64,000 bases of DNA from positions 260,039 through 324,038 of the forward strand of contig JALDTO010000179.1 in the NCBI GenBank assembly GCA_023515725.1. Direction: 5' to 3'. The position numbers and the translations under genes are program-made. Origin of the DNA: Amoeboaphelidium protococcarum X5 (taxonomy: Eukaryota; Fungi; Aphelidiomycota). Shown here one piece after another: positions 28,937 through 41,286 of this stretch (position 1 is the first letter of the stretch; each line of letters begins with the position of its first letter). The notes below the pieces were generated by a model, which saw only the letters and a program-made list of their open reading frames with translations, was not told the origin of the DNA and did no database searches.

Positions 28937-29225
28937 ACTTATCACTTTTTGATGTTAATTTGCAATGGATAATTTTATCTCACTACCTTAATCGTAGTTT
29001 TGAAGTTGTGAGTAAGCGGTCTAATTTTTAGAATATCCAGTTGGGAAATTCTAAAGGTTAGATTGTGACAATACAGCGAGCAGGTAACTTCAGTAGACCT
29101 GAAATTAACTTACAGTAGTTGAGTATAATTTATTGTCTATCCTCAAACCTTTTCCTATCAGTACTCTATCTCTAAGCGACATATAGTCCAAAAACGCAAA
29201 GCTCGATAAGTAAGATCACTAACCA

Positions 29226-30610
29226 AATAAATTTATTCAAACTACCAGCGATACATCATGCTTCTTGTACACCTGCAATCTCATTCAACATCTTGATGTC
29301 ACGATTACACATTTGCGAGAACTCCTAATATGACATTTGAATTGCCAACTTTGCGTGTCCAAAATCAATGAAGAGCAGTTAATCTCCTTTCCACATTATA
29401 TTACGCGGTGCAACGTCACCATGAGCTACGCCATTTTAATGAATTAACTATAATGAATCACGCAACTGCCGATAATGTGCTTAAATGTCAGCGACAGTAG
29501 ATACACGTTCCAGGCGCTCTATCATTATAGCCTCAATCCAGCCATCAATCGACAGACGCGCCAACAATCTCGGAATGACAGTACCTTGCAATCTAGATAG
29601 CTTCAGATAACATTAATGCTCTTAATCGATGGCATATACTTTTAAATGTTCTGGATCCTTGGTGGAGTCAGCCATTTTCAGCACCAATTAATGCGATCTA
29701 ATTTCGACTTACCTATTATCATCGGATCTAAATGTAGTATGGATACCACCAAATACAACTGAATAAAGCTCAGAACCGCCAACAACTCGTTCAAAGTATA
29801 CTTCATGAAGGCCGACATGCGTCACAACAGAAGTGTCAAAAACTTGATAATCGGGTTACATTGCAGGAGTGGGAGACGCGAAAATGCAATGATCTTTATT
29901 TTCGCAGAGATAAAACATGGCACATACAGCCTCCATCAAAGTGAATGGCGCACTTTAATCACGATGCACGGCGCTACTTACCTCCAAAGTGCTTTACTAT
30001 CTCCCATCAGATCCACCACGACGCAGAAAGAAGAACTTATCAGCCGTACAGATTATTCCATATCTGTTATGATTAACAGACATGTAGCCATATTCTTGCC
30101 GTAACACCTTTTTCTTGATCTCCTCTTAATTAGTGAAATCAACAAGATCATCATCCACATCGAAAGCCCACATTGTCTTGATCTCAATTGGCAAGATGCA
30201 GCGGCGGCTAGGGTCGCCCTAATACTACAAAATAAGATCAGGATGGAGTCCTACAGCTGGACCGATATCTTAATGAATCACAGACCCACCCAAGGATTTG
30301 GCGATGTCTTCAGCGATCAAAAATACGCGAAGAATCAAATAATGCTTTACTTATGCCTCACTACCGACACTGACTGTACGCTAGTTAATTCCAATGTAGC
30401 AATCCATATCCAAAAGCGGCTAAATATGAATTCTATACGGAAAAATGACATCTTAGTCAAAGGATTTCCATAATTTCAACTCAATATCATCTAATTCACG
30501 AGGATGCCTCGGTACAGACAGCTAGGTAGAGGTGCGGTCCTAACTGATCTCTGTGCTAGCGGGTATATGATTTAATAAATCACGTAATAATGTCATTGTT
30601 TATGTGATAA
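29226..30610 (-). repeat. Dispersed inverted repeat, copy A (partner at 45078-46462)
   Basis: High nucleotide identity to the reverse complement of 45078-46462, covering the CDS plus a few tens of flanking bases. Confidence 0.9.
29256..30596 (-). CDS. PD-(D/E)XK nuclease + protein kinase fusion (Crinkler-type effector-like), copy A, 446 aa
   Basis: HPDLIL...PIEIKT, RQEYGYM...RYGI, then kinase LVLK...LQGTVIPRL...HGDVAPRNIMW...IDFG. Intact 1341-nt ORF under table 6. Confidence 0.8.
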
Positions 30611-32354
30611 AATGGTAACAATTCAAAGAGAAAGAAACCGATTTACTGACTGACCAATCCTTAGAGGTGATTGGACGCATCGCAGTTGCCAATCGCTGAC
30701 AATGCGCGTGATTATAAGGGGCCTGCGCTAACATTTTAGCGCTCAAGTTTAGACTAAATCTGCGCTGGTAGATTCTAATCAATATTATCGAAGCCCAGTT
30801 CTGAAGATTCAAATCAGTCCGACGTATTAATGTCTTCTTTCACGTGCACATGTCTATCCTGCCGGGTTCGCTGGGGTTCACATGTCGTGGACGGTTTCCG
30901 TCAGTTACTTTGGCAAAATTTAGAATCGTTAAGTCAATCTTAAAAGTTAAATCTGATAGTTCAAATTACTTATACGTCTAAAGTGTTATGCTATGGATTT
31001 AGACACAGATCGCACCTTAAATTATTGGTTCCGTGTTGATGTCTACTCATTGTCACAATTTAACCAGAATCAGAAACGCTTGGTTGATTTGAATTACCAT
31101 TTGCTCTACACAGTGCTTCCAAAATACTTAATTTTTTGCCCAACTTTAAGGGAATACCAGACATTTAGAGAAGCCGAGTCGTAATTAAGCACGCTCACCA
31201 TTAGATCGTACAGCGCCGCACATTACGCAAGTAAATCACGCGTTTGTGGTATATATACTGCAAATACACCTTTATGTAAGATCCTGTCTCTGGCAGTGAA
31301 ATGAGCACTCTTACTCTGTATCATCAAAGAATCTCAACCACAATGAGGTTCTGATACTAATAGCCATTCGTTTTAACTCATTATCTACTATTAAGGTACT
31401 CAGCACCATACATATTCCTTTTTAACCATAACTTCAAACACTTGGCTCGTGTCAGGTACCAATTGGCTCTAGCTCAGATCCAAAGAAAGCAACTCAACTT
31501 CAGCGACGTAGACAAAAACTTTCAATAAGATTATAATTAAGACTGTGCAGTAAATTCAAAATTAACTAGAATAATATCGCAGGGAATAGCACTGGGCTAC
31601 TGTTGTCGTCAGAGCCAAATGGCCCTAAGTGCGCGCTCAAAGAGTAAACCGCGCTCTGCGTATTCCAGGCTGAGACTGGAGAGTAGATATGTGCATGTGC
31701 TTTAAGATCAGAATACACTAATTTTTTAGTAATGGGAGCTTTATGATGTTCAACCTTACTGCCCACAGTGCTAGACAAAAAGTAACTGGTTCGGCGCACT
31801 TTGCAGTTTGGCTATGATCAAGCACGACTCAAGGAGAATGACTATGGTCACAACATGAGAGTTCTTAAAAGTCTAGTGTTTTTCAAAACACGTTGAATGT
31901 TGCATTTACAAGGCATTTAGATAATTCAAGTTATTTATGATAGACTTGGAAGTAATCTGTCTTCAGAAGTGACCACCTCACCTAGAGTTTACTGACAGAT
32001 TCTACAGAGTAGAATGTTATAGAACACTAAATAGGCAACGATGAAACACTTGTAAACTACACGATATTTACTAATAAGCATACTGAATTAAATTTTGTAG
32101 TTGGTAAAGGTGTGACATGACTTGCTCAGAGAGCTTACTACTGTTACTAAAGCGCACAGCTATAAGCTAGCCAGCCACTTACAGTAGTTACACTGTACTC
32201 GCGTCTAAGTCGCGCGCTTTCTCTCGCAGTCACCGCGATTGAACAATTCGCTGATTTCATCTTCTGCCAAATATATTATAACGGTAGACGTGTGTCAACT
32301 ACCGTAATCTTTCGCCTCAATCATTTAGTGATCAGATTGCTATAACTTGAGTAT

Positions 32355-35300
32355 ATGAATTTCGTTGGAAGTCTTGTGTCTACTGTTAGTGAGTTTTACA
32401 AAGACTTGAACCCTGCCACTTTATCGGGAGCCATAGACATTGTGGTTGTGGAGAGAGCTGATGGCACTCTGGCGTGTTCACCTTTCCATGTCAGATTCGG
32501 GAAGATGCAGTTATTAAGACCCTTTGAAAAGAGCGTAATATTCTAATTTAATATGCCTGTTCACAAGTGCTGAATTTTTATTGTTATTTTGTTTATTGTA
32601 GGTGGAGATGAAAGTAAATGGCAGTGTGGTCGACATTCCCATGAAGTTGGGTGAAGGTGGAGAGGCGTTCTTTATAAAGGAGACTAATGATGAAGTTCCT
32701 GATGCGTATTAGACATCGCCACTTGCCCTGACGCCATAGTAATTATCCTCTGGTCATGTGCCTCCATTGTCTGGCTTGGATAATTTGAAATTAGATCCTA
32801 CGGCTCTGACTCGGTCTTCGTCTGACCAGCAATTGAATGTCGGCTTCGTGTCTCCTCTGGATGCCAAAAATTTTGATTTTGATAGTGAATAACTGAAGAC
32901 TGCTGGATCATCTCGGCTTGGCTCTAATCCTGGCAATCTTAATGTTGGGCACAGTGTGATAAGAGAGCATCCTCTATCCGATTCTGAGGTTTTGATTGGC
33001 AGTAGTAGCAGTAATAAGGATAGCATAGGTGTGGGATATAATGCTTCCGCGTAGTAATCGGCCATTCCAGCCAAGATGCACATGAGTGATACAGAGATGG
33101 ATTATCTGGACCTCGGTGGTGGCGAAAAGTTGAATGCTCAGAATCCCTAATAGTTTACTCAATGGAAATGGGGATTGCTACCGTCCAATGAAAGCTAGTA
33201 ATATTCCGAGGCAGTGCCATCTTCCAATGTTAAAATCGCGTCTAAAGCAAAGCCGGAGGATCGAAATTTGTAATCCAGTTAAGAATCTCAATAGGCGGAA
33301 AAGAAGCATCTTGAAGTTAGGAATACTTAAGTTGATAAGGTGGACCAGTTGATTTAAGACTTGCTTAGTGAAAATGAGCGAGGTGGATTAGAGATTTAGT
33401 TATCAATGTGCGGTAAGGCTTGTGCTGATCCTGAGCAATTCTCAAGCAAGTTGATATCTTTTAAGGATTTCAAATCTAATCCCCTGTCTATCTTGCAGGA
33501 TGAAAACTTGGTTATAAAGGTGAATGATGAGTACTTGACTTGGCATGTTCTAGGTCCTGCTCTGGTGTCCAAGCTCTTCTTCAAAGATCATCTGGACCCT
33601 GAAGTATTGTAGACTCTAGCCCTTATTCCATCACTACTCACCCAAAAGTCTGAACTCGATGCATCTTCCTCAATGGCCACTGGTATTTAGACTGGCGGTA
33701 GACTAGAATAGAAGAGCACCGCTACAAAGAGCTGGTGGTGGTCATCCACTCGGGAAAAGTCTCCTGAAAGACGTGGCTAGATTTCTGATAAATCTACAAT
33801 TGATGCTACTGAGTAGCCTCCGCTTTCAGCACCAGTAGGGATCAAAACTCAGGATATTTAGCTGAGTGATACGGCAACGATCAAAAGTCTTGATGCGTCA
33901 TATAGATAGGGTGATGGTTCCGCGATGAATTAAACAACTACTGCAATGTCTGCTCCTGCTTAGAGTAGGCCCCTATCAGCTCCTAATCTGGGTGAGGTGA
34001 TTTAAGCTTAGTAGTATAAAGCCAAGTTCTTTAGCAAAACTCTGCGCTTGACGTCTGACCAATTACGATCTCTTAATCTTAACTATGGAGCTAATACTGT
34101 ATCTTTTAGCGTCGCATCGTCTTATTCTGGAATCGCCACTTGTACTGCGCGAATATTTCTATGGAAGTATAATGTTTAGATTGTAGTATCAGATATTGAC
34201 GGTACGATTACAAAATCTGATGCTCTTGGTCATCTGCTACCAATGCTTCGGATGGATTGGACTCATCCCGGTATTGCTAACCTCTATACTAGCGTTAAAA
34301 ACAACGGATACGAGATTCTCTATTTGACTAGTCGAGCCATAGGTCAGGCTGATATCACTCGAGGCTATTTAAAGGGGATAGAGCAAGGATCTTATCAATT
34401 GCCAGACGGACCGGTGATTATGTCTCCTGATAGATTGATTGCGGCTCTGAAGCGAGAGGTTATTGATAGGAGGCCTGAAGAGTTCAAGATTGCCGTTCTC
34501 AAGGATATAAAATCTCTTTTCAAGTCTAGAAATCCGTTCTATGCTGGCTTTGGTAACAGAGTCACGGATGCAATGTCCTATAGAGCTGTGGATATACCGA
34601 CATACAGAATTTATTCAATCAATAGTCAGGGAGAGATCAAGATGGACTTCTTTGTCGGCTACACGTCCAGTTATGTGAAGTTGAGAGATTTGGTGGATCA
34701 CATATTTCCTCCGATCAGATCCAAGATTCAGAGCATGTCAAAGTCCGCCAGTCTGGATGTCTTGCCTGGAACTCCTAAGAGCAACAGAAGTGCCAGAAGT
34801 AAACGATTGGCCGGACGCTAAGGTTCGAATGCATCAGCTCGTAAACCGTCTTCTATACGCACAGATGCCACCAGCCTGAGACCGATACAGGATTATGATA
34901 TATTTGGTGAAGAGTCGGATGAAGCTGATCGTCCTTCTGATGACGGAGAAACTGAATATGAAGCGGGTGATCAAGAGAGTTCTGGATAATCAGTCGATGA
35001 AGATGATCTACATTCATCTCAAGATTAGGCTAATGAGGCTCTGGAAGATTCAGATTCATTGGAAGCTATTGAAGACGGATATGATGATTTTGTGTACTGG
35101 AAGACTCCCTTGTTGAACGCTGTCGAGTTACCAGCTGAAGTAGTCAATGCATCTAAATCTAAAATACATGATGGTGGCCCCAATGCTCGAACTAGAAAAG
35201 AATCTACTTTAATTTACACTAATCCTTTAAAAAAGTATTCTGAGTACTCATCTTCATCATCGTCTGAGGATGGTGAAGAAGGAGATGACGATTATGATGA

Positions 35301-35388
35301 TGAAGTGTACGATGAATAGTATGAAGGCGAAGATGAAGATGAGGCTAGTAGTTAGACTGGCTATGCTGCAAAAGGAATTGATAAATGA
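32355..35388 (+). CDS. PAH1: Lipin / phosphatidate phosphatase Pah1; intron 32535-32601
   Basis: N-LIP ([14 protein letters not shown]...[20 protein letters not shown]), catalytic [11 protein letters not shown] and YAGFGNR. Confidence 0.95.
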
Positions 35389-35475
35389 ACTGGATTGAGA
35401 AGCTAATGTGTATATGCACACTCTGTGATATTTTGGAATTCAATTTATTGATAAAATAAAGTCATAATCATCATT

Positions 35476-36379
35476 TCACTTCTTACGATCCTCTTGTTTA
35501 GTGAAGAATGAGGCCACACTCTTGAGACCTTTACTAGCCTTTTCCAACGACCTCATACCCAACGTCTTTTACTTCTACACATTTTAATATTTATGTAAGT
35601 CAATCCATATAATTATAGATAGATACTAAATTATAGAAAGAACGTACCTTTGCTGACTTGTCCTTATCTCCGACAGAGCTAGATTGACTACTGTCGGCAT
35701 TGCTATTTTACCGGCCATAATTGAAATAATTAATTTAAACTTTAGGTGCAATACCACAAGATTCCTTGATCTATAAACCATCTTTAACAAGACGCAACAA
35801 GTCCTCACCAACATAATCTTGAAGCATTTCGAGAGCATACATCTTCAGCACATCACTATCACTTGCATCTAAGCCGACAGCTAAATTCTGCAACTATGTC
35901 TAATCCTCCGATAATGATTACAAATACTTGACAATATTATCGACTTTCGAAGAGAGCCACGTAACAGCTTTATCCAAGTTGAAGCGATAGAATTCCTGGC
36001 CATCAAGATCTGACACGTCAACCAAATGAGCTAGAAATTATAACGATAGTGCAGAATTTTACAATGATACGGCATCAATGAGCGCAGGTGGACATTCTGT
36101 ATCGCCCAGTGACATGAATCTAGTCTTCGGGCAGTAGGGGAGTAATAAGAATAGAGGATCCACCTCGAACATTGTCAGAACCGCTCCATTAGATATGCAA
36201 TAATCAGCAGGAGTAACCATAACTGACGTCTCATCACCAGCACCAACTTGCACCACTTGAAACCACTTTTCATAATCTGGACTATGCGCAAATACAGCGG
36301 GCTCTTTACAATCTCCAAGTAGACATTATATCACATTAAGTTTATCGCTTATATCTTCAGGTGTAACCAGAAGTCTCAT
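35476..36379 (-). CDS. RNH202: Ribonuclease H2 subunit B; intron 35575-35647
   Basis: VDPLFLLLP, FYRFNLDKAVTWL and the C-terminal PIP-box-like KGLKSVASFF. Confidence 0.75.
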
Positions 36380-37112
36380 TTTATTATAACCAATACTAAT
36401 TTAGTGCGCCAAAGAGAGTAGATACTAGTACAGTACAGTCCAAAGAGGTCAAATGTGTATTGGAAAAAGTAATGGAAGATTGAACGATGAAGAAGACGCG
36501 ACAATTGAACGCGTTCTGAAAGTGAAACAGCTATCATATGGTCTCGATAGACTGAATAAATAGAATGCGATCAGAGTGTACACTTTATTGTATTTTAATA
36601 AATTTCCGCGTAGTTAATAACATTAATACAATCATGTAAAGTGAGGAAGAGTAGGCTCAACGCCCTAGTCCAATATTAACCTTTCATCAGCATATTCCAC
36701 CACAGGATAAAACGAACCTGCGTGATCAAGTACAGTATTGTATAAGGGATTCGTATTAAACACACTCTTCAACTAATGGTCAAGAATGATTCACCATATA
36801 TTGGAAGCGCCTCTTCTGAATTACCATTTTTATTAGTCTGACTGACTGACTGATGGAATGAATGTGATATGAAACAGTCCACCCCTCAATAAAACCTTTT
36901 GACGCGAAACTGGGCTGGATTGTTTTCAGCGTTTGAAACATTTCTCTCCTTAAACTGTCGCCTTGTCGTCCAGTTTGAAGCTTTCTTCTTTTCCAATTTC
37001 GATCGATTCAACGAAAGCTAATATTTAAACAGCTTTTTTTAAAATTAAGCTTTATCTCATCATTCTCATTTACTAAAGTTTTTTACTATTCTGTCAAGAC
37101 ATTAGTAGTGAA

Positions 37113-38861
37113 ATGAATAATCTCTTGAACAATTTGCCGTGGGATGTCAAGTCCACCATTACCAAAGTTAAGAATGCAGTTATGAATTACACTGAGATGG
37201 AGGCCAAGGTTCTGGAGGCCACTAATAATGACCCATGGGGAGCATCTTCCACCCTGTTGTTGGAAATTAGTCGTGGAACATCTAGCTATTAGTACTTTAA
37301 TGAGATCATGCCTATGGTGTACAAGAGGATCCATGAGCCTTAGTAGAATGGTACACCTTAGAAGTGGAGACAGGTTTACAAGAGTTTGCAGCTGATTGAT
37401 TTCCTGCTGAAGAATGGCGATAGACGGGTAATTGATAGCGTGCGTGATCACTGCTATGACTTTAAGGCTCTATCTTAGTCATTCAAGTTTGTGGATGAGA
37501 AGGGCAAGGATCAAGGTATCAATGTGCGTCATCGTGCCAAGGAGATTGTTGAGCTGGTGAATGACACTGAGCGATTGAGTATGGAGAGGGACAAGGCGGC
37601 TGCGAATAGGAATAAGTACACTGGTGTGGCTGCAGATGAAGTTCGCTCAGGCAGTGGGGGATTCGGTTCAGCTTCAGGAGGTAGTAGATATGGTGGGTTT
37701 GGTAGTGACACTTATCGCCCATCGACCGGTGTGGCTGAATATGATTCACCAGCATAGGGTGGGAGTTCATCTTATGGAGGTGTTGGTGGCTCTTATGGTA
37801 ACGATTCTAGTAGTCGTAAGCAGTCAGATCCAAAGCCGTCCATTCCTATCCCACAAATGTCAAATAATCAATCACAGAGTTATAGCAACCAACCGCAGGT
37901 GTCTTCCGAAAGTGCCGTTGGAGTTTCTTCCAAGTAGCAGCAGTAATAGTAGTAGTAATAATAGTAGACTGTCAATTTACTTGATTTGGATTTTGGTAGT
38001 GCCACTTCGTCTGCTCCTCAATAGTATAATCAGCAAGCGAATAGTACTTTTGGGAATTCAGGCTTGGTACAGTAGACTAGTCGCTCAGTTGTATCCCCTT
38101 AAGGTAGTGGAGGCTTTAACACCCAGCCGGTCAATTAGAGCTTCTCTTAACCATAATTGAATGCTGGATAGTTTTAAAATTTTGGACAACCATAACAGTA
38201 GTAGTAGAAGTAGTAATGGAATGGTACCAGCTCGATCATGTCTTAAAGTTCTTAATCGAGTGGCGGTCTATCTTAGCCGGCCAATGGTGGCATGAGTGGT
38301 ACAAATCAGATGCAGATTAATCCCAATGCATCTTCCTCCAACGGTTTTGAGGGCTTTGGAAGTGGATTTATGTAACCACCGAGAGTCACCTCCCCAATGT
38401 CTCAGACTTCTTCTGTTGGAGGTATGGGTTTGGCATCTCAGCCAGCCGCACCCATGTAAACTCAGTCTAGCTTCTCTGGAAATGGCTAGAAAAATTCATT
38501 TTCCGCCCCTCCAGTGATGCCAGTGGCTTCCAACAATGGACTTATGATGGCTGCACAACCATAAAACTCCACTAGTGCCACCCGTCAGCCTTAACAGTAG
38601 TAGAATTCCAGTTTTAATTTGAAGCCGAACGATGTGTGGAATACTAATTTGGTGTCTCTTGACTCACTGGGAAAGTAGAGCAGTTCTCCGTAGACTGGAC
38701 CTGCGTTGAATGAGCTGGCTGCATAGAAATAACAAGGTTAGTCGTAGTAGTAGATGTAGTCGTCTTTTGGGTAATTTGGAGGTGCCTTTGGTGGACCGAG
38801 CTCAAGTGCTCAGAATCCTCCATAGAAGAATCAGAATAATTTTGATGATTTGCTGCTATGA
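37113..38861 (+). CDS. ENT3: ENTH-domain epsin-related protein (Ent3/epsinR)
   Basis: NAVMNYTEMEAKVLEATNNDPWGASST, WRQVYKSLQL and DQGINVR. Q/S/G-rich tail with LLDLDF and terminal DDLLL. Confidence 0.88.
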
Positions 38862-38973
38862 GCTGCTAGGCATGAGTGAAAAGTGCAAATTACTTGGTGA
38901 TGTGAAGTGGATTACATTTATTTTTTGGGATATTATTTCATGTAAGTGGTCGTGGTGTATTTTACAATCTTGT

Positions 38974-40900
38974 TCAACATCCAGATGACTGCTATTGATA
39001 GAGTCGAGATGAGTATGGTTAAAGTTGCTCTGTAGACGCGCCTGAAATCTTCATAAAATCGACAACTTTAGCCAGAGCTTCCATCAGATCACCGGCCGGA
39101 TACTCAACTTCTTCCCCTGTGCGTTTAGCCACAGCTTCGCTCTCTAAAATTGAGTCCACCAGCAGTTTCCAATACTTTACAGCTAAATCTTTCTTATTGA
39201 GCTATTCGTACAGTTGAGCAATCTTGGACATTGCCATAAATTCTTGAGATGACAAACTTTCATCCTGTATCGTGGTTTCAGTGCCCAGAGCACCATGAAA
39301 TATTTCATCTGATGGATCAATCATGATCTATTTCATGGTTGAATGGCAGCTCAATGATTTCTTATAGCTTTTCACAGCGTCATCGTATTGATTAGTAACT
39401 TCGTAGATATTGGCCAGAGCAATCCACAATCTTCCGTCATGTGGTCGCAATTTGACAGCCTTCTAAAAGTAATAGATAGAATATACTGGCATCTGTAACA
39501 TCTCGTACGCTTATCCAAGACCGTACCAAGCGCGATAGTCTGATGGACAAATCTGAATCGCTTTCTGGTACGAGTCCAACGCTGCATCAGTATTCCTAGC
39601 CTCGATGTACTCATGTCCCATTAAAGTATAAGCCGAGGCAGCCTGAAGATCAATAGCTGAACGGTATTAGTTATCAGCTCCGAACAATTTCACAGCTCGA
39701 TCAAACATCAAAATTGCATTGGCGCTGAGTCCTTTCATACTAAAGTAATTACCCAGTACAAAGCATGTCTCAGGCCTTAAACTCTACGGGTCTACATTCT
39801 TCACAAGGTGATGGGCAAGTGTGGACAATGCTGCACTATCATCTTGAACAAAGAGGACGTTAGAGTATGTTTGGGTGATCTCGACGTTGTACGGATCGCT
39901 AACCATCAACTCTCTGAATATTTCACTGGCACTCTCAAAATCTCGCAAGTGATACATGATACTTGCCCTTTTACTTTCAAGCCACTGCGATTGAGGGAAC
40001 AACTTTTGCAAATCAGACAGCATCAATTAAACTTAGTCAACCGAGCCGACTGAAGCAGATTATCCAGGTGAAGGCCCAATCTCTGAAGCGACTTGTACAA
40101 CAAACGAGATTTTGTTTACATGCTCCGGCAATTCGCCAATAACACTCTCCACCTACATGCAAATGAGTTAGTTGTGATCATAGAGAACGCCTGTTATAAA
40201 CATACAATTTTCCAGTCTTGCATAAACTTGGCCAGCTCAAACCAAGATCCCGAGAACGTTGAATTCATCTATATTGATTTAACGAATGACTCTTTAGCTT
40301 TTTAACTCAAAGATACACGTGCATAAACAAGGCCTTGAAGATAATACAGATAGCAGTCAGCATGTTTAGAGAGGAGAGTCTTGATTTAATCCAGCAAGGA
40401 CATGAACTGATTAGATTGCAAACGATTTCTTTAATACTAACTGGTATCACTAGACTTTGATTATTCAACCTCCCCATTAACGATATCCAGCGAAATTTCC
40501 TAGCCAATAATATGAAAATACTCGGCATACAGGGCAATAAACTTTATGAAGGATGGTAAGTTGTTATCATTCAAGTTGACACTATTATAACAACGCTTGT
40601 AATCTTTCAAATCAAAATACGACTTGCAGAGTAGATACTTTTGAATGTAACCACCAGCTAGTACCATTTAATTCATTGAATGGCTACTAATCTACTCCCC
40701 TACGATTTCTTGACTTGTTTACATACTATTTACCAGTTCTGAACTCCTACATTAGAATCAATTCCTTTTCAACTCAGTTAATAAAACACATATAGCTAGT
40801 GATCATACCAACATGATGCATAGTATAAGCCACGAGATTGGCATTAAAATGCTTCGGCAATAAAAGATTTCACAACCTGAGATTATTGTATTTTCACCAT
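38974..40900 (-). CDS. CDC23: Anaphase-promoting complex subunit 8; introns 40153-40205, 40747-40808
   Basis: [25 protein letters not shown] and the TPR segment LMGHEYIE...[13 protein letters not shown]. Confidence 0.9.
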
Positions 40901-41286
40901 TACACACACACGCCCTCTCACACAGAGTAAGATAAAACTGAATTATACTATGGTGCTAAGGAATAAAGTACGGTAAATGAAAGCAAGATAGAGAGAGAGA
41001 GAAAGAGATGAATGTGAAACCAACGTTTTAGAGAATCAGTGAAGAAAAGGCGGTCTTGCGCTGAAACAATGCTGAAGACGCGACGCGACAAACTGTTTCA
41101 GCTCGTCCTTCTCTTTCTCTCTTCGTCCTTCTCCTTACATGCTCTAGTTATATGGTATATATTAGGCCATACTACTCTATAATTAGAATTTGTGTTTGTC
41201 TATTTATTGCATAGTCTTCTTCATTAGTCTGTCTGAGTTGTATAGTATTTAAGGAATTATTGTTTTGAAGAGTTTATCCAGTTGAA
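40901..41286. promoter_or_regulatory. Bidirectional promoter region CDC23/SMC2 with tandem GACGCG (MCB/E2F-like) and TGAAAC motifs
   Basis: GAAGACGCGACGCGAC at 41074-41089, and TGAAAC/GTTTCA at ~41015, ~41062 and ~41095, between divergent mitotic genes. Confidence 0.5.

Noticed and set aside
36634-36789. 51-codon ORF (MQSEEEQAQRPSP...) and a possible C/D snoRNA between RNH202 and ENT3
   Set aside because: No recognisable motif, and short ORFs are common with a single stop codon. There is no proper box C or terminal stem.
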